From positions 35,548-99,547 of the forward strand of contig JBCDJG010000008.1 of assembly GCA_038748065.1 (NCBI GenBank): a stretch of 64,000 bases of DNA. Reading direction: 5' to 3'. Made by a program: the position numbers and the translations under genes. The notes below the pieces were generated by a model. That model was not told where the DNA came from, did no database searches, and saw only the letters and a program-made list of their open reading frames with translations. This DNA is from Pseudomonadota bacterium. GTDB lineage: Bacteria > Pseudomonadota > Gammaproteobacteria > Pseudomonadales > Halieaceae. This document shows, one piece after another, positions 1-8,532 of this stretch (the first letter of the stretch is position 1; every line of letters begins with the position of its first letter).

Positions 1-7
1 ACCACCC

Positions 8-2245
8 GTGACGCTCTGCAGCGAAGTTGACGACTTTGTTAACCACCTCGATCTTGAAGAGAGTTTTGGCGGCCATACCTGCATCGACTTGATCGCCCGC
101 CTCACGGAGTGTCACTACGAGTATCTCTACGCGCAGCGCTACCTTGTCGGAAAAACCTATAGCGATGAAGGCTACGGCAAGGCCAGAGAGCTTCTAGACA
201 TTGCCATGCTGCATCTTGTCAAAGCCAAGTGGCTGATCGGCGGCATTACGGGCGCTTTCAAAGGTGTTCGTGTCTCCACGGACAAGCACCACGATGCCAT
301 TGCGGGTTGGTCTGCTGCGGAGCAGTCACTGCAGCTGCTCCTCGCCATCAAAGCGGCCCTGCAGGGACAGGGCTCGCTGACGTCTATTGAGGCGACCGCA
401 CCACTTCTTGACCGCGAAGGCACCGAGGTACTGCGCAGTGACGGTTTCCCGGTTGTACCCTCTATTTGCCCCGTGGTCATCGTCAGCGGCTCTGCTTACG
501 CTATGGGCTACCAGTACGCGGAGCAGGTACTCGAAATCTACGGCGATTTCGTCTTTCGTGAATTTGCCGCCCTGCGCTTTACCGATGAGCGACTCAAGAC
601 CATTGGCAAGCACGAAGCGCAGCTGGCCGCTCACACGCCCGAGATTCTCGACATGGTGCGAGGCTGGGCCGACGCGGTGAGCGCATCAGGGCTACCAATG
701 GCCTATGAGAATGTACTGCACATGTGGTGCCCTACTGACGCCCCAGCGCAACAGCCGGACGAAATGCACTGGCCATTCCTGGGCAGCGAATCACTGCTGG
801 CTGCGATGTACTTTGGCCAGCAGGCGTTTATCAACAAAGTGGCGGCCGCCAGCGCGGCGGAGCCTGTCGCAGAGGGTCAGGAATCTCTGGTAGATCGCTG
901 CAGTGGCTTCTGCGCATGGGGCAATGCCACCGTCGACGGTCGTTTGAAGGCAGCATCCACCACCGACCACGACTGCTGGATGCAGGCGACCATCGTTGCC
1001 TACCCGGAAGACGGTAACAACTTCATCTATACGCCTTTCAGCGTGCACGGCGGCTGGATTCCCGGGCTTGGCATCAGCTCCATGGCCGGCCATCCCGGTA
1101 TGAACAACCGCGGTGTGGCTTACGTACATCATGGCGGCGAGATACATGCCATGGAACCCGCTGAGAGCTGGGGCTATGGTGTACCCCGAGGCGCCTGCAT
1201 TTTCCATGGCCTACGCTATGCCAATACCGCCATTGAGGTGCACGACCAGATCATGAGTTATCCCATCGGTAACGTTGCTGCAGGAATGGGCAGCGTCGGC
1301 GGCCAGTGGGCGGACCACGGTAACGGCTATATTTTCGAGAGCCGCTATCGCAGCGAGGAGCACCCGGACGGTCTGGTGCGAACACAGACTTTCGACCACG
1401 AGGGCCGTGGGCACGATATCCTCTACACCGGCAACAGCGCTCTGCACGCGGGTGCGCCCTCCGGTAATCACGGCCACGACGAGGGCGTTCTCAACTACGA
1501 CATCGAACGCGGCTGGCACACCTACGATCCAAGCACCTTCATGCACCCCAACCTGCTCATCGCCTCAGCTCGAATGACAGCGGGGCCCGGTGGTGCGGAG
1601 CGCAACCGTTGCTACTATCGCCTGGCCATACCCGCCTCCGGCGAGATTGACGAGCAGTGGGTAGAACGGCTCTACTGCACCCCGGCTGAGGATGCCCCCA
1701 GCGCGGCGCAAACACCGGGCCGCCAGGCTGACATCATAGCGGGCAAGTATCAGAATAAGGCGAGCCCCGCGCACCGGGGTAACGCCTTCACTGCGATCAT
1801 GTTTCCGGATGACGGTGACCAAGGCACCTATAGCGGCTGCGTCGGCCCCATCAGCTATGATCTGCCCGCTTCCGCGGCAAGCCATGGCTACTTCTATTAC
1901 GATGAAACCAACGCTTACTGGACTATTCGCCTGGCGGACACGCCCATGAAGATGCTCACGGATGCGCGCGCTCGCGCCACAGAGGATGGCGAGCGGGCCA
2001 GGGCACTCATGGCCGACCTGGACAATGACAACCCGGGGACACGCTACTTAAAGAATTTTCTCTCGCAACACACGCAAGCACTCACCGCCGGCGACAAAAC
2101 AGCGGCCGATCTTGAAACGCTGGAAGGAAACCAGCGCATGGCAGGACTGTCCCGCGCACTGCGTCGCTATACCTCGGCGCAGGTCAGGGCGCGCCAGGTA
2201 ATCAATGCCTTTAATGCGACTGAAGCATTGCCTTACTCTCTTTGA
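8..2245 (+). CDS. Peptidase C45 / acyl-CoA:6-aminopenicillanate acyltransferase-like Ntn hydrolase, long form; the frame is open to the window edge so the 5' end may be missing
   Basis: 745-aa ORF. The motif RCSGFCAWGNATVDGRLKAASTTDHD resembles the C45 autoprocessing site (nucleophile Cys, then F..G..T.DG....D). Only short antisense ORFs overlap it. Confidence 0.5.
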   Translation: MTLCSEVDDFVNHLDLEESFGGHTCIDLIARLTECHYEYLYAQRYLVGKTYSDEGYGKARELLDIAMLHLVKAKWLIGGITGAFKGVRVSTDKHHDAIAGWSAAEQSLQLLLAIKAALQGQGSLTSIEATAPLLDREGTEVLRSDGFPVVPSICPVVIVSGSAYAMGYQYAEQVLEIYGDFVFREFAALRFTDERLKTIGKHEAQLAAHTPEILDMVRGWADAVSASGLPMAYENVLHMWCPTDAPAQQPDEMHWPFLGSESLLAAMYFGQQAFINKVAAASAAEPVAEGQESLVDRCSGFCAWGNATVDGRLKAASTTDHDCWMQATIVAYPEDGNNFIYTPFSVHGGWIPGLGISSMAGHPGMNNRGVAYVHHGGEIHAMEPAESWGYGVPRGACIFHGLRYANTAIEVHDQIMSYPIGNVAAGMGSVGGQWADHGNGYIFESRYRSEEHPDGLVRTQTFDHEGRGHDILYTGNSALHAGAPSGNHGHDEGVLNYDIERGWHTYDPSTFMHPNLLIASARMTAGPGGAERNRCYYRLAIPASGEIDEQWVERLYCTPAEDAPSAAQTPGRQADIIAGKYQNKASPAHRGNAFTAIMFPDDGDQGTYSGCVGPISYDLPASAASHGYFYYDETNAYWTIRLADTPMKMLTDARARATEDGERARALMADLDNDNPGTRYLKNFLSQHTQALTAGDKTAADLETLEGNQRMAGLSRALRRYTSAQVRARQVINAFNATEALPYSL

Positions 2246-2286
2246 GTATTGAAGAGCGCACACTAAAGACTAAGGATTAACGAATC

Positions 2287-2769
2287 ATGAGCAATTCAGC
2301 TGAAAGCGTTGGCCGCGCTATACCCATTGAGCGGGTGGTTTCAACCCAGCCCTACATCGTGCGTCGGCGCGTCGCATTCCGCGACTGTGATCCCGCGGGA
2401 ATTGTTTATACGCCGCGCTTTTTGGACCCTATCGCCACCAGCGCCGGCGAACTCTTCATGGCCGAACTGGTTGGCGTCTTCGGGCAGCGCGATGAGCCAC
2501 TCAAAGGCGTCGATTTTCCGGCGAAGGCACTTAGCATGGTCTTTCACAGCCCTGCGCGCCATGGTGACATATTAGATCTGCACGTAGGCTGCGCGCGCAT
2601 CGGCAACACGAGCTTTGATACGCGTGTCGATGCCTTCTCGACTGAGGGTCAGGCCGTTTTCACCTGCACCATGACCGTTGTCTGCATCGACCCCGGCGTG
2701 TACCAGTCTTGCCCCATCCCCGACTACATGCGGGAGAAACTGGCTCCGCATTTAAGGGCGGAATCCTGA
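2287..2769 (+). CDS. 4HBT-type hotdog-fold acyl-CoA thioesterase (YbgC/FadM-like)
   Basis: 160 aa. The N-terminal RRRVAFRDCDPAGIVYTPRFLD signature is typical of 4-hydroxybenzoyl-CoA thioesterase family proteins. It starts 42 nt after the upstream stop. Confidence 0.8.
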   Translation: MSNSAESVGRAIPIERVVSTQPYIVRRRVAFRDCDPAGIVYTPRFLDPIATSAGELFMAELVGVFGQRDEPLKGVDFPAKALSMVFHSPARHGDILDLHVGCARIGNTSFDTRVDAFSTEGQAVFTCTMTVVCIDPGVYQSCPIPDYMREKLAPHLRAES

Positions 2770-2804
2770 GCAGCCCACATCGGTCTCCGTCAGGCTTGCT
2801 GCGG

Positions 2805-4424
2805 CTATAGCCGCGCCACACCAAAGGCATTGGGGCTCAGTGTTCGCTGTCGCGCTTCGCGGCAGGTCGCCAACGCAAAGCCCAGGAACTTACGGGAATC
2901 GCGCGGATCGATAATGCCCTGGTCCAACAGCCGACCCGAGGTATAGAAAATGTTGGACTGCCCGTCAAAGTGATCAATGACGCTTTCGCGCTGTGCGGAC
3001 AGCCGGCCTTCATCAAGCTCGACTCCCTTCCTCTGTGCCGCGACCCGCGCCACGTGGTCCATGGTGCTTGCTGCCTGCTCGCCACCCATCACACCGGTTT
3101 CGGCATTGGGCCAGGCCATCAGAAAATCAGGGTGGTAGCCATGCCCGCACATGCCGTAGTTACCAGCACCGAAGCTGGCACCGATATACAGTGTGATCTT
3201 CGGCACTCGCACGTTGGCTACCGCCTGAATCATCTTTGAGCCGTGTTTGATCATTCCCGACTGCTCCACCTCGGTGCCGACCATGTAGCCCGTGGTATTG
3301 CTCAGGAAAATGACTGGCGTATCCGACTGGTCGCACAGCTGCATAAACTGCGCAGCCTTGGTTGCCCCGTTCGGGTCTATAGGCCCATTGTTGCCGATTA
3401 ACGCACAGCGCTGGCCCATAATGCGGGCGTTCACGCACACGGTGGCCGGGCCATAGCGTGATTTGAACTCCAGAAACATGGAGCCATCAACGAGCCGTGC
3501 AATCAGCTCGCGAACGTCATAGGCTTTTTTGTAATCCGCCGGGATGAGCCCGGCTAACTCATCAATAGCATAGAGCGGCTCGTCAAACTCGAGTCTAGAG
3601 CTGGGCATATCACGATTCCAATCCAGCCCCTGAATAACCTCACGCATGATCTGCAGGCCATGGGCATCATCCTCCGCGAGGTACTCCACCAGGCCTGAGA
3701 CGCTCGCGTGCATTTCACTGCCTCCGAGCTCGCGCTCATCGGGGAGCTCGCCCGTGGCCGCCTGCACCAGCGCAGCACCGGCAAGAGCCGCCAATCCATT
3801 CCTCTTTACCGCTACCACGTAATCACTCATGCCTGGCTGATAAGCCCCACCGGCGGTAGACGGACCGTGCAACAGGGTCAGTGTGGGAATACCCGCAGCG
3901 GAGAGCCGTGCGCGCCAATAGAACATCTCCCCACCCTTGGCCCAGAGCTCGACGGTGTAGGTAAAGAGATTGGCACCGGCACTCTCAACCAGATGCACGT
4001 AGGGCAGCTTGTGCCTGTAAGCCATTTCTGCCGCAGCCACGGCCTTGTGTGGACTGAGTGGCGTGGCGGCGCCTGCATTGATGCCGCTATCGTCCACCAC
4101 GATCATGCAACGCACGCCGCTGACATAACCAATACCGGTTATGATGGACGAGCCAGGAATACTGGTTTCAACGTTGGCATCTTCGACCAGGAAGTTGGCC
4201 ATGTTAAAGAGCTCAAGAAAGGGGCGCCCGGGGTCTAACAACCTCGCCAGACGCTGGCGCGGGGACAGCTGACCACGCTCTTCAAAGCGCGGCCTGCGTT
4301 TCTCAGAAAGCTCAACCGCCCGCGACTCATAACTCCGGAGCAGTTCAACTTTGTGCAGCATATCCTGCCGGTTCTGTTCGAACTCCGCACTCTGCGTATC
4401 GAGGGCGGTCTTGAATACAGCCAT
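2805..4424 (-). CDS. Acyl-CoA carboxylase carboxyltransferase (beta) subunit, methylcrotonyl-/geranyl-CoA carboxylase type
   Basis: 539 aa. The N-terminus (FEQNRQDML..LLRSYESRAVELSEKRRPRFEERGQLSPRQRLARLLDPG) and overall length match MCCase/GCCase beta subunits. Confidence 0.9.
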   Translation of the reverse strand: MAVFKTALDTQSAEFEQNRQDMLHKVELLRSYESRAVELSEKRRPRFEERGQLSPRQRLARLLDPGRPFLELFNMANFLVEDANVETSIPGSSIITGIGYVSGVRCMIVVDDSGINAGAATPLSPHKAVAAAEMAYRHKLPYVHLVESAGANLFTYTVELWAKGGEMFYWRARLSAAGIPTLTLLHGPSTAGGAYQPGMSDYVVAVKRNGLAALAGAALVQAATGELPDERELGGSEMHASVSGLVEYLAEDDAHGLQIMREVIQGLDWNRDMPSSRLEFDEPLYAIDELAGLIPADYKKAYDVRELIARLVDGSMFLEFKSRYGPATVCVNARIMGQRCALIGNNGPIDPNGATKAAQFMQLCDQSDTPVIFLSNTTGYMVGTEVEQSGMIKHGSKMIQAVANVRVPKITLYIGASFGAGNYGMCGHGYHPDFLMAWPNAETGVMGGEQAASTMDHVARVAAQRKGVELDEGRLSAQRESVIDHFDGQSNIFYTSGRLLDQGIIDPRDSRKFLGFALATCREARQRTLSPNAFGVARL

Positions 4425-4563
4425 GCGGCCTGCCTCTTGCTATCCATTGACGCACCCCTAGAGTAGAAAATGCGCTACGCTAAGACATTGATAAAACCGA
4501 ACAGCCAGATGACATAAACGTGCAGCGCAGTAAGCATCCATCTCTTGCGCCAACTAGCCTGTA

Positions 4564-5577
4564 ATGAACACCTATCGGGCGGTCGAAGCCGAAGCCATTC
4601 GTTCTATGCTGTCTGGTGCACTGCGCAACGGTGACAGCTGGGAAAGACTGATAGAGGCAGTGGGAATCAAGCCCTCATTGCTAGGTGAAGAGGCGGCAAC
4701 GCTTGACCCCAGGCATGTTGGCCAGCTTCTGCGCAGTCTGGCGCATCATCTGCAGGATGAGAGCCTGGGGTTTCTCTCGAGGCCAACGCCGCCGGGCACG
4801 CTCGCACTGTGTTTTCATCTTACCGTGAGCTGCTCGACGCTGCGCGAAGCCATCGGCCGGGTCAGCCGCCTCATGGCCGCCATGGGCGATGAATGCGCGC
4901 TCACGCTTTCCGAGCAGGCGAGTGAGGCGAAGATAAGTCTCACCTACAGCAACCCCCACAGGCTCGAATCTGTCGGCTTCACCACCATTTTATTGCTGAT
5001 ACTGCATCGCTGGGCAGGATGGGCAACCGGCAAGACCCTGGTGCTGGACCACGTGAACTTCGCTGATCCCCGACCGTCCTACGACGCCTCGACAGAACTG
5101 GTTTTTTCCTGTCGAAATTACTGGAACAGGGCTGAGAACTCACTGGCATTCAGTCGCCACTATCTGGATTTGCCGGTAGTGAAGAGTGATGGAGACAGCC
5201 GCAATGTGCTGCCCCAGTTCGCGGATAGCCTCGTCTACAAAGCCACATCCGAGCCTAGCCTTTCCGCAAGCATTCAGCGCATTCTGCTGGCCGCTGAGTC
5301 AGCCAGTGACATCACACTGAGAGACGTCGCTGAACGACTGAACATGGGTGATCACAGCATCCGCAGGCGTCTGCGGGAAGAAGGCAACTCCTTCTCACAG
5401 ATTAAAGAGTCCGTGCGTCGGGATACCGCTATCTATCATCTCACCTGCACAGAAACGCCGGTTCAAAACATCGCCTATATTGTCGGCTTTTCGGAGCCCA
5501 GCGCCTTTAACCGAGCCTTCAAGGTGTGGACGGGTGAAACGCCTGGGCGCTATCGCGAGACACATCGGTCGACGTGA
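4564..5577 (+). CDS. AraC family transcriptional regulator
   Basis: 337 aa. The C-terminal HTH ends ..IAYIVGFSEPSAFNRAFKVWTGETPGRYR. It is divergent from the carboxyltransferase gene. Confidence 0.85.
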   Translation: MNTYRAVEAEAIRSMLSGALRNGDSWERLIEAVGIKPSLLGEEAATLDPRHVGQLLRSLAHHLQDESLGFLSRPTPPGTLALCFHLTVSCSTLREAIGRVSRLMAAMGDECALTLSEQASEAKISLTYSNPHRLESVGFTTILLLILHRWAGWATGKTLVLDHVNFADPRPSYDASTELVFSCRNYWNRAENSLAFSRHYLDLPVVKSDGDSRNVLPQFADSLVYKATSEPSLSASIQRILLAAESASDITLRDVAERLNMGDHSIRRRLREEGNSFSQIKESVRRDTAIYHLTCTETPVQNIAYIVGFSEPSAFNRAFKVWTGETPGRYRETHRST

Positions 5578-7639
5578 AACCCGTGCCCGATTCAAGGGCC
5601 CGAATCCAGATCGGCGAAGACCAGGCCCGCTCCTGTATTGTGCGCGGCAAATCCGAGCGCGGCTCAACACCTTCTCGCAATGCATCCCAGGTTGACCAGC
5701 GGCAGCTGGGATTTTCAAGAGCACGCAGGTAGTAAAAGGCATCGACTGATTCGTCGAACTGTGGATCTTGCCACAGCGCCTTCAGCTCCAGCGCGCCGTG
5801 GCCGGGCGAGAGGCCACAGTCTTCAGCGCTAACCCAGGCGCCGTTATCGGGGCAGCGATACGTTTCGGCGTCCACCTTGCCGCCGTCAGAGCAGGCCACG
5901 TCGAAGACTCTCTCAAAGGTCTCCCCATCCTTCTCCCATCCTTTGACGACCTGCAGGCGTTGGAGTGGTGCCGAGTAAGCGTCAGCCACCGCCCACACGA
6001 GGAAGCCCGGGCGCCTACCCGCTTCGGCCCTGAGCTCTGCCCCCATAGCGACGCCGCCGACGTAGGCCTTTCGCACGGCTGCGGGGTCATCCAACAACCC
6101 TTCCTGAAAATCGAGACCGGCAAAGAAACGCAGCTTGATGCGCGGGCCAGAGGTGGCGAAGGTCTCCTTGCGCCTGAAGGCGGCATAGATTGCCTCTCGC
6201 GTATTCTGTTCTGCCCATACACCGGCGAGGCCAGAGGCGCCCCAGTATTCAAAAGTGCTGCTGGCCATATAGGTACGACCGTCTACCTCCTTCACAATGT
6301 CCGGCATCACCCAGCGAGCCAGCGTCCCAATCAACCAGTTCGCCGGTACGGAACCACGGCGGTCGGGCTCGCCGTCTAACAGACCTGCCTTGGAAAAGAA
6401 CCTGTCCTCGCGCTCGGCGCCACCGGCAACGTGGGTATCGGTGGCGGCGACAAGACCGAACTTAAAGGGGTTGGTCACGCCTCTGGCATCCAGCGCCAGG
6501 CCGTTGCGCAAGGCCTCTCGTACATACGAGCCCTGCGGTGAGCTTGCCAGTTTGGTCGCTACTCGATACTCCATGAGCTCGAAGTTGGCCCACTCGTCGT
6601 TTGGCGACAGGCCAGGATGCGTATCAGAGGTCCCCTTAATCTGCGTGATCTCCACGAGCGGCTCGTTGCGCATGCGCTGCTCACCATAGTCATCGTCGAG
6701 TGGATCGCCCGCCCAGTCAGCCAGCGCAAACATCTGTCCATCGGAGCCGTTGGCGTTATGCGGTATCGCCAGGCTCTCAATGCCATTGCGCCGCAAACCA
6801 TCCATCCAGTCCCACAGGCCTTCCGGGTTACGCGAATTCAACCTTGAGAAGGGCACAGCGGGGAGTTTATCGGTGCCGCGAAAAATCACATTGCGATGCA
6901 GATTGCCGCGCGTCCATGTCGAGGATGTGTATTCATAGGCGGCGAAAGTCGTGAAACGGCCAGGGTCATAGGCTTCATCGGCAGCATCAACGGTGTCTGC
7001 CCAGGCTCGGCGCGTGATATCCATGACCATCTGCTGGTCAACTTGTCCGGCGCGTATTTGCTGTACGAGTTCACCCGAGAAAGTCCCGAAAGCTTGAGCG
7101 CGAGGCAGCAGGCTCAGCAGCCCATAATTGTCGGGGGCATTCATACCGTTCATGCTATGGCTCACGGGCAAGCCGCCGAGCTCCGAGCGCGCATCCGCCG
7201 CCTCTTTGGCAACGCCGAAAAACATCGCGTGGTCGGTCACGGCGTAAAAATCCAATGGCCGATCAAGCTGAATTTCATAGCCGGAGGGGTGCAAAATCGC
7301 CTCGCCCTGCGCATAGCGATAGGCATCCCGGGGGGTGGTCACGGTACCGAAGGTATAGGCATCAAAGCTATAGCTTGTGTGAACATGGAGATCGCCAAAG
7401 TAGGCATTTCTCTCCGGGTTGGCGGTGTCACCCGGCCGTGGCGAGCGAAACACCTGCCGCTCGAGCAGGTCAGCCTCGGGCTCCAACATGCGGTTAATGC
7501 GGTCCGCCCCGCTCAAGGTCGATGATTCGTTGCTGCTGATATCAGAAAGGGAGCCCGTGTCGGCTCCACAGGCCGCAAGAGCGAGCAGCAGACTACTGGC
7601 CAGAAAACGGAAAACGAGCACCAACGATTGCCCCCACAC
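5519..7639 (-). CDS. DUF3604 family secreted lipoprotein (PHP-like metal-dependent fold)
   Basis: 706 aa. It has a lipobox (LLLALAAC), a GDLHVHTSYSFDA metal motif and ERAWSSPIW near the C-terminus. Its 3' end overlaps the convergent AraC gene by 59 nt. Confidence 0.75.
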   Translation of the reverse strand: MWGQSLVLVFRFLASSLLLALAACGADTGSLSDISSNESSTLSGADRINRMLEPEADLLERQVFRSPRPGDTANPERNAYFGDLHVHTSYSFDAYTFGTVTTPRDAYRYAQGEAILHPSGYEIQLDRPLDFYAVTDHAMFFGVAKEAADARSELGGLPVSHSMNGMNAPDNYGLLSLLPRAQAFGTFSGELVQQIRAGQVDQQMVMDITRRAWADTVDAADEAYDPGRFTTFAAYEYTSSTWTRGNLHRNVIFRGTDKLPAVPFSRLNSRNPEGLWDWMDGLRRNGIESLAIPHNANGSDGQMFALADWAGDPLDDDYGEQRMRNEPLVEITQIKGTSDTHPGLSPNDEWANFELMEYRVATKLASSPQGSYVREALRNGLALDARGVTNPFKFGLVAATDTHVAGGAEREDRFFSKAGLLDGEPDRRGSVPANWLIGTLARWVMPDIVKEVDGRTYMASSTFEYWGASGLAGVWAEQNTREAIYAAFRRKETFATSGPRIKLRFFAGLDFQEGLLDDPAAVRKAYVGGVAMGAELRAEAGRRPGFLVWAVADAYSAPLQRLQVVKGWEKDGETFERVFDVACSDGGKVDAETYRCPDNGAWVSAEDCGLSPGHGALELKALWQDPQFDESVDAFYYLRALENPSCRWSTWDALREGVEPRSDLPRTIQERAWSSPIWIRALESGTGFTSTDVSRDSAQAFHPSTP

Positions 7640-7728
7640 GGAATCCTGTCTATTGGGGCCGAGTTGTACGCCGTCAGACTCGCGCTTTCAAGCACTCATC
7701 GCATCGTTCGCAGGCTTACCGCGTGGTT

Positions 7729-8532
7729 TCAGGGAACCCATGCGGGCTTGCGCTTCTCCATAAAAGCCTGAAAACCTTCCTGTCCTTCCTCACTTACCAG
7801 GCAATCGGCGAAGGCTCTTGCCGCCTCCTGGACAAAGGTATCGGAGATTCCGGCGCGACCTATGTCGAGTATGTGCTTACTTGCGGCGATCGCGCTGGGG
7901 GAACAGCTGAGCGTATTCTGGACAAGCCTGGCAATTTCATCATCGAGGGCACCAGCGTCTTGTGCAAGGCGATCGGCCATACCCATGTCAAAGGCCTCCT
8001 CGCCATTTATCATGGGCGCCAGCAGCATGAGCTGCCTGGCCCGAGCGAAGCCTATCCGCTGAATGACGTAAGGTGCAATCTGCGCAGCTACCAGGCCAAC
8101 CCGAATCTCTGACAGGCTATATCTGGCATCGCGCGTCGTCACCAGCACGTCACAGGCACAGGCAAGGCCAAAGCCGCCCGCCATGGCCGCCCCCTCGACG
8201 GCAGCGATCGTCAGCTGCGGTAGCTGTTGAACCTCTGTCAGGAAACGCGCGCCATCGCGGCTGAAGGACATGGCCAATTCCCTCGCGTCCTGTCCCATTT
8301 CGCCCATCGAGCGAAACGCCTTGAGATCACCGCCGGCACAGAAAACGCCCCCGCGACCACGCAGCACAACCACACGGACCTCGGCATCCTGTTTGGCCTG
8401 ACGCATTGCCGTGCAAAGTTCCTCACCCATGCGTTGCGTAAGACTATTACGCGCCTCAGGCCGATTGAGCCAGATCGTCAGGCATGGACCCTGCTGTTCA
8501 AATTCAAGAGTGGAATAGGCCGCGTAGCTCAT
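7729..8532 (-). CDS. Enoyl-CoA hydratase/isomerase family protein (methylglutaconyl-/isohexenylglutaconyl-CoA hydratase-like)
   Basis: 267 aa crotonase fold (LNRPEARNSL, VVVLRGRGGVFCAGGDLK). The ATGA start overlaps the stop of the upstream biotin carboxylase gene. Confidence 0.9.
   Translation of the reverse strand: MSYAAYSTLEFEQQGPCLTIWLNRPEARNSLTQRMGEELCTAMRQAKQDAEVRVVVLRGRGGVFCAGGDLKAFRSMGEMGQDARELAMSFSRDGARFLTEVQQLPQLTIAAVEGAAMAGGFGLACACDVLVTTRDARYSLSEIRVGLVAAQIAPYVIQRIGFARARQLMLLAPMINGEEAFDMGMADRLAQDAGALDDEIARLVQNTLSCSPSAIAASKHILDIGRAGISDTFVQEAARAFADCLVSEEGQEGFQAFMEKRKPAWVP

Noticed and set aside
5519-5577. Convergent 3'-end overlaps and abutments (5519-5577, 44422-44445, 59695/59699, 63545/63546)
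   Set aside because: They are real in the sequence, but compact convergent gene ends are common in high-GC bacterial genomes. There is no evidence of a special mechanism.
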